DNA of 41,197 bases from Dehalococcoidia bacterium (GCA_963581795.1 CAUZOU010000001.1:1-41197), one strand, 5' to 3'. Shown: positions 26,265-36,601, numbered from the stretch's first letter. Numbers and translations: made by a program. The notes: generated by a model from the letters alone, not told the origin.

Positions 26265-27502
26265 GAACGCTCCCCCGCTTCCTCTTCGCCAGGAAGAATG
26301 CTGGGCTGACGCCAAGGGTGTTTCAATGCCTGGGCCACATCTTCGTTTTTCCTGAGCATATAGGTAGCTACGCCTCTTCGATGAAGCTGACTAAGGAGAA
26401 TTTTAGGATCGCCCGCGGCCCCGAAGGATGTGGGGTCTACCACCACCACCGTCGCCGAAACGCCCTGACGTACAGAGGACTCCAGGACGACTCCCCACTC
26501 CGGATCCACGGATGATGTTATCACCACAAGAGAAACTGTACTTGAGGGTATCTGAGACTGCCAATTGATAAGCAGGTCTCGTATCGGGACAATCCCTTCA
26601 GCGTGAGCTTCCGTCAACGCCGCATATATTCTGTCCAGGGCGGGTGCTCCCTCTTGTGGCGCAAGAATATATTGACGATCTCCGTGTGCCATGAGTCCAA
26701 CAGCCCAGCCCATCTCCGAGTAGCTCTTGGCGATGGAGGCCGCAGCGGTTATAGCATACTCCTCGGTGTTCTCCAGATCAGATCCCTCTTTAACTCCCGT
26801 GTTGAGGTCCAGGAGAATCCACGTTACATCCTCCATTCCCCCATCGAATTGCTTCAGCATAATACTGCCCCTGCGAGCAGTCGCGGGCCAATGAATATAT
26901 CTGGTGCTGTCCCCTGACCTGTACTCCCTGATAGTTGAAGCGGATGCGGTAGCTTCGGGCGTACTCCTCTGATACGATCCCTCTCCACTGATATCCCCCT
27001 GCGCCAGAGAGAATGGTGGAATGTCGACCATGTAGGGCAGCACCGCAATCTGCTCGATGCCGGGCTCTCTATGGCGCAGGCGAAATATGCCGAAGGGGTC
27101 TCTGCTGGCGACTGTTGGCGCTCCCACTCCGTATACGCCACGTTTCATAAGAGGGATTCTCAGCGTCAGAGACAGTCCGCCGAAGGACGGTAAGTTCACC
27201 ACCTCCCCTGAATTGTGGCCCGGCACCTCGGAGAGGTCGTTTATCTCAAGGCTAAACTTCGGCAAAGGGCTGGAGCTACGAATGCTAACCCGGCTCTCTA
27301 GGTACTCCCCCACCCGGAGCTTGCCGTACATCCTTTCAAAGGTGACACGGGTAGCTATCAGGTTAAAATAAGCCCAGATGAAGCTGAACGACATCATCAT
27401 GGCCGTGAGCAAGAACACTCGAAAGTAGATCGGGACCCCGGAACCCAATGCCAGAAGAAGTGTGACGACCAATAGCAACAGTATGGCGTGTATGCGTTTC
27501 AT
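26261..27502 (-). CDS. DUF58 domain protein (vWA-like, MoxR partner)
   Basis: Two N-terminal TM helices and the DUF58 signature IREYRSGDSTRYIHWPATARRGSIMLKQFD. Confidence 0.88.
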   Translation of the reverse strand: MKRIHAILLLLVVTLLLALGSGVPIYFRVFLLTAMMMSFSFIWAYFNLIATRVTFERMYGKLRVGEYLESRVSIRSSSPLPKFSLEINDLSEVPGHNSGEVVNLPSFGGLSLTLRIPLMKRGVYGVGAPTVASRDPFGIFRLRHREPGIEQIAVLPYMVDIPPFSLAQGDISGEGSYQRSTPEATASASTIREYRSGDSTRYIHWPATARRGSIMLKQFDGGMEDVTWILLDLNTGVKEGSDLENTEEYAITAAASIAKSYSEMGWAVGLMAHGDRQYILAPQEGAPALDRIYAALTEAHAEGIVPIRDLLINWQSQIPSSTVSLVVITSSVDPEWGVVLESSVRQGVSATVVVVDPTSFGAAGDPKILLSQLHRRGVATYMLRKNEDVAQALKHPWRQPSILPGEEEAGERS

Positions 27503-27517
27503 GCTTCTAAACCGAAC

Positions 27518-28402
27518 CTATGGACTACTTTCCGCTTTCGATTCTGTATCATATTCCATGTTGCCTCTGATGTAGACTTCGCGTCCAGCAACAACCGCGG
27601 CTAGGGCCGTGATCGCTCCAGGTATAGTCCCAGCCAGCACTGGCAACAACGGATAGTTATTGAATGAAATCCTCGCCGTGTCGCTAAGGAAATGCAGGCC
27701 GTCGTATGACCAGGTAGACACCCATTCCAGGCCAAGGCCGGTTGCTAGCAGCATAGCTATTCCCGGTGCCACCAGTCCCTTGCGTGTGAGGACTGTGGAA
27801 AGGACTATCAGGCTGCTGATTCCAATGGGTATCATCACGCTAAAAAACATACGATGAGGGACAAAGATAAGCATGGATCTGTTGGCAATGTCGCCAATGA
27901 TGGCAGTGGTGAAGAACAGGAACACTATCGCCGATATAAGTCCCATTGATAGGAAAATATTGGAGGTGTTGTTTGTCCTAAGGCTTGGAATGGACGTCTC
28001 AAGAAAGAGGAAAAGCAGAAGCGGAATAGCCAGGGTATATTGCCACAAAGGGGGAGCCAGAGCCTTCATGTCCAATAGGGCTAGATTGCCGTATTCCATT
28101 GGGAGGAACTGAAGAAACGGCATGATAATCAGAACAGCGATGCAGATACCCCAGGAAACCAGGGCCCTCACCCGGCGTCCGGCGACGGCAAATGAACTGG
28201 CGTAGAGTGCCAGGGCACCAAGGCCAATGGTCGTCAGTATTGCCGGCACCTGGAATATGGGCTTCGACTCGGCCTGGGCCTCCACCAACAGCACCCCAGA
28301 AGCCGCGACAAGGGAGACGCCCACGGCCGCGGCCACGAGCCATGTCAAGCTGTTTTCCTGTAAATACGATTTACGGCTCATCTCCATTTTTGCTACCTGC
28401 AC
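27518..28402 (-). CDS. polytopic membrane protein of unknown family, first gene of the DUF58/TGase/MoxR operon
   Basis: 294-aa ORF with about 8 hydrophobic helices and a stop 15 nt before the DUF58 start. Start uncertain (GTG 28402 or ATG 28387). Confidence 0.7.
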   Translation of the reverse strand: MQVAKMEMSRKSYLQENSLTWLVAAAVGVSLVAASGVLLVEAQAESKPIFQVPAILTTIGLGALALYASSFAVAGRRVRALVSWGICIAVLIIMPFLQFLPMEYGNLALLDMKALAPPLWQYTLAIPLLLFLFLETSIPSLRTNNTSNIFLSMGLISAIVFLFFTTAIIGDIANRSMLIFVPHRMFFSVMIPIGISSLIVLSTVLTRKGLVAPGIAMLLATGLGLEWVSTWSYDGLHFLSDTARISFNNYPLLPVLAGTIPGAITALAAVVAGREVYIRGNMEYDTESKAESSP

Positions 28403-28473
28403 TCTTCCCTAAAGATTCAACAAGGTAACCCGTCTCTAGCACCATTCTGTGACATAAACGGAGTTAATAATGC

Positions 28474-28482
28474 ATTGTAACA
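28474..28482 (-). promoter_or_regulatory. extended -10 (TGTTACAAT on the minus strand) upstream of the membrane/DUF58/TGase/MoxR operon
   Basis: Read on the reverse complement, about 70 nt upstream of the first ORF. The -35 is weak. Confidence 0.35.
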
Positions 28483-28601
28483 TTTCCATAAATCGTAAAT
28501 CAGTTGCAGTGTATGCGACTTTCTCCCTGGAAATATTCCGGAATGATCCAATGCCAGAGGGATTAACCGAACAAAAATACCAGGGACGCCGCTAGGCAGA
28601 T

Positions 28602-30620
28602 TTACAACTTCTTGGACACTATCTTGGAGTCGCGTTCCGGTTCCCTACTTGAGGCCATGACCTTGCGCAACTCCATAATCTCGTCCCTTAACAGAGCAGC
28701 CTTCTCAAACTCAAGCGACTTGGACGCCATCTTCATCTGAGACTCTAGGCCCTTGATTACCCGCAACAGGTCGTCCTTAGGCATATCCCTGTGAACCTCA
28801 TAAACCGGACGCCTCTCTGCCACGGCCTTGACCCGTTCTGTAATGTCTCTTATCGCCTTGTGAATGCCTTCGGGAATAATGTCGTGTTCGCGGTTGTATG
28901 CTTCCTGGATTTCCCGCCGCCGATATGTCTCTCCGATGGCCTTCTGCATGGAATCCGTGTTGTTATCGGCATACATGATAACGTGGCCTTCGGAGTGACG
29001 TGCAGCACGTCCGATGGTCTGAACAAGGGATGACGCGGAACGCAGATAGCCCTCTTTATCGGCGTCTAGGATAGCCACAAGGCTGACCTCGGGCAGGTCA
29101 AGACCTTCCCTAAGAAGGTTGATGCCGACCACCACGTCGTACACACCAAGGCGCAGGTCACGCAGTATCTCGCTACGCTCCAGCGTATCAATTTCCGAGT
29201 GTAGGTAGTGAGTCTTGACATTCATCTCCTGTAGATAGTCCGCCAACTCTTCGGCCATCCGTTTGGTGAGAGTTGTGACTAAGCAACGTTCTCCCCTGCC
29301 CACCCGTGTTCTAATCTGATCCAGCAGGTCGTCAATCTGGCCCTTGGTCGGCTTTACATCGATAGTTGGGTCAAGAAGGCCGGTGGGTCGGATGACTTGC
29401 TCAACCACCTGCTGAGTGTACTTATGTTCGTAAGTGCTTGGCGTGGCCGAGACGTATATCGCCTGGTTTACGTGTTTCTCAATTTCCTCGAAATTCAGGG
29501 GTCGGTTGTCTAGGGCGGAGGGCAATCGGAAGCCGTAGTCCACCAGGGTCTGTTTCCTTGACTTATCCCCATGGTACATCCCATGCATTTGTGGAATAGT
29601 CATGTGACTTTCGTCTATGAACAGTAGAAAATCGTCTGGAAAGTAGTCCAGAAGGCACCAGGGTGTGCTGCCTTTTTCGCGCCTTCCCAGGTGTGCCGAG
29701 TAGTTCTCGACCCCTGAGCAGTAGCCCGCCTCTCGAAGCATCTCAAGGTCGTGCATCGTCCGATTCTCAAGGCGTTGCGCCTCCAAAAGCTTACCTTGTT
29801 CCCGAAACCAAGCCGTCCTCTCCTCCAATTCCGCCTCAATGTCCTTGATAGCCAGTACCAGCTTATCCTCAGAAGTGACGAAGTGTTTCGCCGGATATAT
29901 ATCCACCGAGTCCCGTTCCCCGAATATCTCACCGGTGAGGGGGTCGAGTTCCACGATGCGTTCCACCTCGTCGCCCCAAAACTGGATCTGCAAGGCTACT
30001 TCCTCATACGCGGGCAGGATGTCGAGCGTATCGCCACGGACACGGAACTTTCCACGCGAGAGGTCCATGTCGTTTCGTTCGTACTGCTGGTCTATCAGAC
30101 GGCGTACGAGCTTGGTTCGATTACTCTGTTGCCCTTTGCTCAGGGACACCACGAAGCTCTGGTACTCCTCAGGCGCGCCAAGGCCGTAGATGCAAGAAAC
30201 CGAGGCCACTATAAGCACATCCCGCCGTGTGAGAAGGGAACGGGTGGCAGAGTGACGCAGTTTATCAATCTCGTCGTTGATATCGGAGTCCTTCTCTATA
30301 TAGGTGTCCGTCTGAGGAACATATGCCTCCGGCTGGTAGTAGTCGTAATAGGACACAAAATACTCAACGGCGTTGTGAGGGAAGAACTCCCTGAACTCCG
30401 TGGCCAGCTGTGCTGCTAGGGTCTTGTTGTGGGCGATGACCAGAGTGGGACGCTGCACTTTTGCGACGACGTTGGCCATCGTGAAGGTCTTGCCGCTGCC
30501 AGTAACGCCAAGCAGAGTCTGATGGCGCAAACCTTTGTTCACACCCTCCGCAAGCATACCCAGAGCCCGCGGCTGATCTCCTTTTGGTTCGTAATCTGAA
30601 ACTATTTGAAAATCAGGCAT
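28602..30620 (-). CDS. uvrB: excinuclease ABC subunit B
   Basis: [27 protein letters not shown], helicase motifs, and the C-terminal UVR domain [11 protein letters not shown]. Confidence 0.97.
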   Translation of the reverse strand: MPDFQIVSDYEPKGDQPRALGMLAEGVNKGLRHQTLLGVTGSGKTFTMANVVAKVQRPTLVIAHNKTLAAQLATEFREFFPHNAVEYFVSYYDYYQPEAYVPQTDTYIEKDSDINDEIDKLRHSATRSLLTRRDVLIVASVSCIYGLGAPEEYQSFVVSLSKGQQSNRTKLVRRLIDQQYERNDMDLSRGKFRVRGDTLDILPAYEEVALQIQFWGDEVERIVELDPLTGEIFGERDSVDIYPAKHFVTSEDKLVLAIKDIEAELEERTAWFREQGKLLEAQRLENRTMHDLEMLREAGYCSGVENYSAHLGRREKGSTPWCLLDYFPDDFLLFIDESHMTIPQMHGMYHGDKSRKQTLVDYGFRLPSALDNRPLNFEEIEKHVNQAIYVSATPSTYEHKYTQQVVEQVIRPTGLLDPTIDVKPTKGQIDDLLDQIRTRVGRGERCLVTTLTKRMAEELADYLQEMNVKTHYLHSEIDTLERSEILRDLRLGVYDVVVGINLLREGLDLPEVSLVAILDADKEGYLRSASSLVQTIGRAARHSEGHVIMYADNNTDSMQKAIGETYRRREIQEAYNREHDIIPEGIHKAIRDITERVKAVAERRPVYEVHRDMPKDDLLRVIKGLESQMKMASKSLEFEKAALLRDEIMELRKVMASSREPERDSKIVSKKL

Positions 30621-30701
30621 GACATTTTATGAGTGAGATTCAAGCTTCTCGCGTCCTATTTTAACAGACCGCTGTTGGTTTTTCCTATTGTGGTTCGCCA
30701 G

Positions 30702-31472
30702 TTATGTTCTCGGCGAAGCCACCCATATCATGTCGGTGCTGTCTTCGTACAAGGATTCGCCATCGAAGTCGCCAAAGAGATCAATGACGTCGAAACCGCA
30801 TAATTCAAGCAGATGCTGTGCCTCAAAACGGTGTATATAACGTAGCTGGAAATCCCTGTATATCTTCCGTAACACCTGCCCGGTTCCGTCCAGTTCCTCG
30901 ATAATCATACGGACGTCTATGACCTGGTTGTGGTTGTCAAAACGGCTCTGGTCCCATACAACCAGGCGGTTCCCCTTTTCCGGGTGAGACACGTCCCAGG
31001 AATGGACGGCTACCGTAGAACCTTCGGTCATGGTATCTAGGTCAGGGACAAATATGTCAAAAATCAGCTTGCCACCGGGCAACAGATGTGCCCTTATACC
31101 ATCGAGACAGCGGCGCTGTTCCTCCACGTTGAGCAGAGAGAGGAAACCTCTGTATGGAATGATAACCAGGGCAAACTTACCTGACATGGAAAGGCTGCGC
31201 ATATCGCCCAGTAACCAGGTGAGCTTTCCGCTAATCGACCCCGACGCCTTCGCCTTGCGGCGTGCCACCTGAAGCATCTTTGCCGAACTGTCCAGACCGA
31301 CAACCTCGACACCTGCTTTGGCGATTGGAATAGCGATCCTGCCTGTGCCACAACCCAGTTCCAGTACCGGGCCATCGGACTTACGGGCCTGCTCCACATA
31401 GAATGGAATGTCATCCCGTTTCCAGGCATAGACCCAATCGTACAGATCAGACCATTCATTAAAGGGAGTCAT
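30702..31472 (-). CDS. class I SAM-dependent methyltransferase
   Basis: Motif I VLELGCGTGRIAIPIAKAG. I prefer ATG 31472, which has GGAG 7 nt upstream, to the GTG at 31502. Confidence 0.85.
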   Translation of the reverse strand: MTPFNEWSDLYDWVYAWKRDDIPFYVEQARKSDGPVLELGCGTGRIAIPIAKAGVEVVGLDSSAKMLQVARRKAKASGSISGKLTWLLGDMRSLSMSGKFALVIIPYRGFLSLLNVEEQRRCLDGIRAHLLPGGKLIFDIFVPDLDTMTEGSTVAVHSWDVSHPEKGNRLVVWDQSRFDNHNQVIDVRMIIEELDGTGQVLRKIYRDFQLRYIHRFEAQHLLELCGFDVIDLFGDFDGESLYEDSTDMIWVASPRT

Positions 31473-31534
31473 AGGTAGTCTCCGAGGGTATAATTTTCCC
31501 ACTCCTAATTTGAGCGGGCGTTAGAACAGGACTG

Positions 31535-32287
31535 TCAGCCCTTGTACTGTTCCAAGGTCTCGTCTGGGAAGTCTGCGTTTGTGTACACCTTCTGGATGTC
31601 GTCCAATTCTTCAAGGTTGTCAAGAAGGCGCAATGCTTGATCGGCGACCTTGGTATCCAAGAGTATGGTGTTGCTCGGCACCATAGATAGCTCTGCCGAA
31701 CTGATCTTCACCCCTCGCTGCTCCATAGCACTGCGCAGAGATTCCAGGTTCTCAGGGCTGGCATATAGCTCCAGGTAGGAGCCGTCCAGCTTGAAGTCCT
31801 CAGCGCCGGCATCTATCGCCACAAGCGCTATGTCCTCCCCGTCATCCGGTTGCACTTCCGCTGCAACAACCCCGCGCGCCTCAAATATCCAGGACACGCA
31901 CCCGGCCTCCCCAAGGCTACCGCCCGACCGTGAAAAAGAGGCGCGTACATCCGAGACCGTACGCTGGCGATTGTCGGTAAGTGCATGTAGCAAAATGGCT
32001 ACTCCGCCAGGGCCATATCCTTCGTAGAGAGCTTCCACTAGGGCCTCGCCGCCTTCGCCGCCGCCGGCTCCGCGTTTGATGGCACGGTCAACGTTGTCCA
32101 ACGGCATGTTGTTCTCTTTGGCCTTCTGGACAGCCATTCGGAGACGCACGTTCATGTCCGGGCTATCTCCACCTTCTCTGGCCGCCACTGTTATCTCGCG
32201 TGCCAGCTTGGTAAACAGCTGACCCCTGCGGGCATCAGTGATACCCTTCTGATGCTTTATAGTAGACCACTTAGAATGACCAGACAT
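31535..32287 (-). CDS. yebC: YebC/PmpR family DNA-binding transcriptional regulator
   Basis: MSGHSKWSTIKHQKG...DARRGQLFTKLAREI is the family signature. Confidence 0.93.
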   Translation of the reverse strand: MSGHSKWSTIKHQKGITDARRGQLFTKLAREITVAAREGGDSPDMNVRLRMAVQKAKENNMPLDNVDRAIKRGAGGGEGGEALVEALYEGYGPGGVAILLHALTDNRQRTVSDVRASFSRSGGSLGEAGCVSWIFEARGVVAAEVQPDDGEDIALVAIDAGAEDFKLDGSYLELYASPENLESLRSAMEQRGVKISSAELSMVPSNTILLDTKVADQALRLLDNLEELDDIQKVYTNADFPDETLEQYKG

Positions 32288-32329
32288 CTGACTATTCCTT
32301 ATGCTAGGTTACAATAGTTCTTCACAGGA

Positions 32330-32358
32330 ATATTATCATTGTCATCCATCCAGGTCAA
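32330..32358 (-). promoter_or_regulatory. promoter TTGACC-17 nt-TAATAT (minus strand) for yebC
   Basis: Hexamers and spacer read on the reverse complement. The -10 ends about 42 nt before the ATG. Confidence 0.5.
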
Positions 32359-32453
32359 AGCAGTATGACAAGCACCACACTCCTGAATGAAAAACGGTTC
32401 CAGAGTTTTGCGGAGTTTTTGGCAGATGGTCGAGAGGATTACACGAGCGGACG

Positions 32454-32984
32454 CTAACGCAGCCCATCCGGTAGGTCTACTGTAATGCGCCCTTTTCCCA
32501 AGTCAACTTCTAGGACAACGTCATGCATGGCCGGCACCAAGACTTCATCCTTCCCATGGTTCACCACATAGACATCGTTACTCCCGGTGCTGAGAATGTC
32601 ATTCACCTTTCCTAGAAACTCACCAGACTGTGTCCAGACCTCCATATCCAGTATCTGGAAATGATAGTAGGTGTCGGGAGAGGCTGGCAGAACATCATCC
32701 AATGATACCTCAAGCTGGACGCCATGAAGACGATCGGCAGCCTCTTGAGTTTCAATACCACGGAATTTTATAAGAGCCAGCCCCTGGTGCCACCGGCACC
32801 CGTCAATCTGGAGGGTCTGTCCACGCGCCATGAGTAGGTTACCCGTAGAAAAACGTTGAGGGTTATCCGTGTGCGACTGGACTTTTACCTCTCCGTCGTA
32901 TCCCCATGCACCCGCGATGACACCAACGATGGCAACCGCTGGGAGGCTATACTTGGAGTTGTGGGAGGAAGATTTCTGGTTCAA
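32454..32984 (-). CDS. rimM: ribosome maturation factor RimM
   Basis: RimM N-domain (GVIAGAWGYDGEVKV, NPQRF) and a PRC barrel (YYHFQILDMEV...GSNDVYVV). Located downstream of rpsP and the KH gene. Confidence 0.88.
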   Translation of the reverse strand: MNQKSSSHNSKYSLPAVAIVGVIAGAWGYDGEVKVQSHTDNPQRFSTGNLLMARGQTLQIDGCRWHQGLALIKFRGIETQEAADRLHGVQLEVSLDDVLPASPDTYYHFQILDMEVWTQSGEFLGKVNDILSTGSNDVYVVNHGKDEVLVPAMHDVVLEVDLGKGRITVDLPDGLR

Positions 32985-33039
32985 GACACAGAATCCATCA
33001 CAGGTAAGTGGGGAAGTACCAAAGGAAATTTCAGGAGAG

Positions 33040-33270
33040 TTAGACTATCTCAAGACTGGCCCGGACATCCTCTTTCACCGCTCGAACACGTAACAAAACC
33101 CGCATGGCCTGCGCGACCCTGCCTTGCCTGCCGATAATCTTGCCTTTATCCTCTTCGGCAACTTCCAGCTTGAACACAATCTGGCCGTCTTCGTCGGGGA
33201 CTTCTGTGACGTTCACTTCGTCAGGGTTTGAAGCTAACGACTTGGCTATATACTCTATCAACTCTTTCAT
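33040..33270 (-). CDS. KH-domain RNA-binding protein (YlqC/UPF0109 type)
   Basis: MKELIEYIAKSLASNPDEVNV...KGKIIGRQGRVAQAMRVLL. ATG 33270 forms an ATGA overlap with the rpsP stop. Confidence 0.88.
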   Translation of the reverse strand: MKELIEYIAKSLASNPDEVNVTEVPDEDGQIVFKLEVAEEDKGKIIGRQGRVAQAMRVLLRVRAVKEDVRASLEIV

Positions 33271-33524
33271 TGCGCCTTCAGCCTCTCGAGAATCCCCATC
33301 CTCTTCAACATCCCCGCCACCGGTTCCGAGGGTTGGGCTCCATTGCCAAGCCACTTCACTACCTTCTCCTCATCCATGGTTATGGTGGGAGGGTCGGTGA
33401 GAGGATCATAGTGACCCACCTGTTCCACAATGGCACCATCACGCGGGGCCTTTGAGTCGGCAACCACTATTCTATAGCTGGGCTTCTTTTTAGCACCAAC
33501 TCTGCGAAGTCTAATTCTTAGCAT
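33267..33524 (-). CDS. rpsP: 30S ribosomal protein S16
   Basis: MLRIRLRRVGAKKKPSYRIVVADSKAPRDG is the S16 signature. Confidence 0.95.
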   Translation of the reverse strand: MLRIRLRRVGAKKKPSYRIVVADSKAPRDGAIVEQVGHYDPLTDPPTITMDEEKVVKWLGNGAQPSEPVAGMLKRMGILERLKAQ

Positions 33525-33573
33525 TTTCCCTACTCACCTGACTATACCAGTCGTACATTAATAGATGCTGAGA

Positions 33574-33602
33574 ATTGTAGAGGTGGCTAGTGCCCTTGTC
33601 AA
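33574..33602 (-). promoter_or_regulatory. consensus-like promoter TTGACA-17 nt-TACAAT (minus strand) for rpsP
   Basis: Read on the reverse complement, about 50 nt upstream of the rpsP ATG. Confidence 0.55.
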
Positions 33603-33611
33603 CAACCAGGA

Positions 33612-33640
33612 TTGACGCATAATAAACGCCACCACATTAT
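33612..33640 (+). promoter_or_regulatory. promoter TTGACG-17 nt-CATTAT for the cysteine synthase gene
   Basis: Hexamers read directly, about 105 nt upstream of ATG 33746. Confidence 0.4.
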
Positions 33641-33745
33641 CGAACCATGTTGCAAGGAAAATCCCTCAGTTGGAGACATGGGACTTTCGAAGGACATTGG
33701 ATTCGGGTATCATTCCCTCAGACGCCTCCTCTCAAACGAAATGTC

Positions 33746-34684
33746 ATGACAATACAGTCCAAAAACATCCTAGATTACGTAGGGAACACTCCCCTTGTGG
33801 AGATATCCCGCATGAGTCCCAATCCGGAAGTCCGCATCTTCGCCAAGCTGGAAGGCCATAACCCTACGGGGAGCATCAAGGACAGGGTAGCAAAGTACCT
33901 AGTACAACAGGCAGAGGAGAGCGGCGACCTGAAGCCGAACCAGACCCTCGTCGAAGCCAGCACAGGGAACACCGCACTGGCACTCGCCCTGATAGCCAAA
34001 CAAAAGGGATACAAACTAAAGGTTGTGATGCTACGGAGGGCGACCCCCGGAGTGGCGGAACTACTGACAACCTTCGGCGTAGAGATAATATGGTGCGACC
34101 CAGTGGCAGGGATGAAGGGTGCCATAGAGATGACAAAGCGCCTGAGCCAGGAAGAAGGTTGGTTCAATACCTGTCAGTTCGAGAGTGAGGCCAATCTGCA
34201 GGCCCACTATGAGACTACGGGGCCTGAGATTATACAGGCCCTTCCCAAGGTGGATGTATTCGTTGCCGGCATAGGCACCGGCGGAACCATCATGGGCGTT
34301 GGAAAGAAGCTCAAGGAACACAACCCTCAGATCAGGATAATCGGCGTGGAGCCCAAGATGGGCGATCAGCTTCAGGGTCTGAGAAGCCTACAGGAAGGAT
34401 ACATCCCTCCGCTGCTTGACCTGGATATGCTGGACGGAAGGTTCCTAGTAGACACCCAGGAAGCCTTTGAAGGCTCCCGTTCCGTTCTTGAGAAAGAGGG
34501 CATTTTCGCAGGTGTGTCTTCCGGTGCAGCACTAAGCTGCGCCCGGCGGATGGCCGAACGAATGGACAGCGGCAACATCCTCGTTATCTTCGCCGACGGT
34601 GGGTGGAAATACCTGACCGCCGGCCCCTGGCGAGAAGAGATGGAAGCCAGGATGCTGCAGCCGGACGAAACGGCATGGTGGTAG
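33746..34684 (+). CDS. PLP-dependent cysteine synthase (CysK/CysM family)
   Basis: GNTPLVEI and NPTGSIKDR (PLP lysine), plus GIGTGGTIMG. Start at ATG 33746 (MTIQSKN); the ORF-track extension has no homology. Confidence 0.88.
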   Translation: MTIQSKNILDYVGNTPLVEISRMSPNPEVRIFAKLEGHNPTGSIKDRVAKYLVQQAEESGDLKPNQTLVEASTGNTALALALIAKQKGYKLKVVMLRRATPGVAELLTTFGVEIIWCDPVAGMKGAIEMTKRLSQEEGWFNTCQFESEANLQAHYETTGPEIIQALPKVDVFVAGIGTGGTIMGVGKKLKEHNPQIRIIGVEPKMGDQLQGLRSLQEGYIPPLLDLDMLDGRFLVDTQEAFEGSRSVLEKEGIFAGVSSGAALSCARRMAERMDSGNILVIFADGGWKYLTAGPWREEMEARMLQPDETAWW

Positions 34685-34709
34685 AGAGGTAGGCGGAGTC
34701 CTGTTGCAC

Positions 34710-36290
34710 CTAGCCCTGGTGTATTAAAAAATACTCAAGGCTATCGACAAGCGCCATCCAACTGGCCTCAATTATGTTGCTTGAGGAGCCGACAGTCTGC
34801 CACTGGTTCATGCCGTCGGTTGACTCTATGAGTACCCTCACAACCGCCTTTGTGTCCTGGCCCTGATCGACCACACGCACCTTATAATCAAGCAGCCGCA
34901 CCGCATCCAGGGAAGGGTACGACTCCAGTAGGGCTTTCCGCAAAGCGTTGTCCAGAGCATTCACCGGGCCATTTCCCTCCGCGGCGGTGTGCATCAACTG
35001 AGAGCCCACACGCACCTTGACCACCGCCTCCGACAGCATATCCTCATCACCACCATTGGTAGGGACGCGGCGATGGTTCTCCACCAGCACCATGAAGTCA
35101 ACCATGTCAAACGGAGGACTATAGCCATCCAGACTCCTTCTCACCATCAGTTCAAAGGAGGCCTCCGCCCCCTCATACTGAAAACCCTTGCTCTCCTGCA
35201 CCTTGATTCTATCCAGAAGGCTCACAACCTGCTCCCTGCTCACCTTGTCGGCCAACCCAAGTTCATTGAGGCGATGCAGGATGTTCCCACGCCCAGACAG
35301 CTCAGAAATCACAACGCGTTTGGCGTTTCCCACCATCCCCGGATCGATGTGCTGATAGCTTTCCTCCACCTTCGCCATCGCGGCCGCGTGTAGACCTCCC
35401 TTATGACTGAATGAGCTGACACCAACATAAGGCTGCTGTCCATTTGGCAGTATATTCACAATCTCGCTGACGTAGTGTGACGTTTCCGTGAGACCTGCCA
35501 ACTGGTCATCCGTCACACAATCAATGCCCATCTTCACCTTGAGATTGGCTATTATGGATAAGAGATTGGCATTGCCGCACCGTTCGCCATATCCATTGAC
35601 CGTCCCCTGCACTTGTGTGGCTCCAACCGCAACCGCTGCCAGAGTATTGGCAACGGCCATGTCCGCATCGCTATGGCAGTGTATGCCCAGAGGTGTCTTC
35701 ATCTCACGGCGCACTAGGGAGACTATATCGGTTATCTCCGTTGTCAGTAACCCGCCGTTGGTGTCGCACAGCACAAGGCACTCCGCGCCGGCTTCCGCCG
35801 CCGCTTTGATACTCTGAAGCGCATATTCAGGATTGGCCTTGTAACCATCGAAGAAGTGCTCAGCATCGTAGAAGACGATCCGTCCCTGCTTCTTCATGAA
35901 AGAGACGGAGTCAGCTATCATGGCCAAGTTCTCCTCCAGCGTGGTCTCCAGTACTCTGAGAACGTGTAGGTCCGAACTCTTGCCCACCAGAGTAACAGCG
36001 TGGGTCTCCGCCTCCAGCAGCGCTTTGATATTGGCGTCGTCCTCCGCGCGTATACCTGCGCGGCGTGTACTTCCGAATGCGGAGATACGTGCGTTAGAGA
36101 GGGGAAGTGACTTTACCCTCTGGAAATACTCGGCATCTTTTGGATTAGAACCAGGCCATCCACCCTCAACGTAGTGGACTCCCAGTTCATCCAGCTTGAG
36201 AGTTATCTTGATCTTATCTTCAGCTGAGAGAGATATACCCTCCTGCTGTGTTCCATCTCTCAGTGTAGTGTCGTACAGTTGTATTTCCAT
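34710..36290 (-). CDS. cimA: (R)-citramalate synthase (LeuA/CimA family with C-terminal LeuA-dimer domain)
   Basis: MEIQLYDTTLRDGTQQEGISLS...VEGGWPGSNPKD and HCHSDADMAVANTLAAV. The 526-aa length and N-terminus are typical of the CimA clade. CimA versus LeuA is not proven. Confidence 0.8.
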   Translation of the reverse strand: MEIQLYDTTLRDGTQQEGISLSAEDKIKITLKLDELGVHYVEGGWPGSNPKDAEYFQRVKSLPLSNARISAFGSTRRAGIRAEDDANIKALLEAETHAVTLVGKSSDLHVLRVLETTLEENLAMIADSVSFMKKQGRIVFYDAEHFFDGYKANPEYALQSIKAAAEAGAECLVLCDTNGGLLTTEITDIVSLVRREMKTPLGIHCHSDADMAVANTLAAVAVGATQVQGTVNGYGERCGNANLLSIIANLKVKMGIDCVTDDQLAGLTETSHYVSEIVNILPNGQQPYVGVSSFSHKGGLHAAAMAKVEESYQHIDPGMVGNAKRVVISELSGRGNILHRLNELGLADKVSREQVVSLLDRIKVQESKGFQYEGAEASFELMVRRSLDGYSPPFDMVDFMVLVENHRRVPTNGGDEDMLSEAVVKVRVGSQLMHTAAEGNGPVNALDNALRKALLESYPSLDAVRLLDYKVRVVDQGQDTKAVVRVLIESTDGMNQWQTVGSSSNIIEASWMALVDSLEYFLIHQG

Positions 36291-36595
36291 AATTTCCCCC
36301 TAAAAAATAAAGGCCCCGTCCACAAGGGACGGGGCCTTTATTAAGCCATAAAGATTCCCGCGGTACCACCCTTTATTCCCCAAAACAATTGAGGCTCTCT
36401 CTAGGGCACCATCATGCCCGCGTCACTGGTAACGGCGTACGACCCCGACTCGGTCTACTCACCCCAACTCCCAAGGGCTTTTGGCGAGCAGCTCAGGAGT
36501 GATTTTCCGAGGGGCCTTTCGCGTCTGCTCTCACCATGCCAGACTCGCTGGGCGATGGAGTCCCACGTACTCGTCTCCGTCTTTGCTTTTGTGAC
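36291..36595 (-). promoter_or_regulatory. T-box riboswitch leader controlling cimA (candidate specifier AUC, Ile)
   Basis: On the minus strand: the canonical T-box sequence AGGGTGGTACCGCG (plus 36359-36372), immediately followed by a terminator; a GACGAGTA K-turn-like motif near the 5' end; AGCGAG and GGTGAGAG Stem I-like motifs; GGAAA-AUC-A at plus 36501-36503. Confidence 0.8.
36301..36341 (-). terminator. intrinsic terminator (expression platform of the T-box)
   Basis: 15-bp stem (36307-36321 / 36327-36341) with a 5-nt loop, followed on the minus strand by a U-run, ending about 10 nt before the cimA start. Confidence 0.8.
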
Positions 36596-36601
36596 GAAGA
36601 T

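Noticed and set aside
33647-33745. N-terminal extension of the cysteine synthase ORF (and similar extensions at 2210-2311, 33271-33354, 37564-37665, 26265-26315)
   Set aside because: The extensions cover promoter regions or overlap upstream genes and lack homology. Internal starts coincide with the onset of family similarity or with ATGA coupling.
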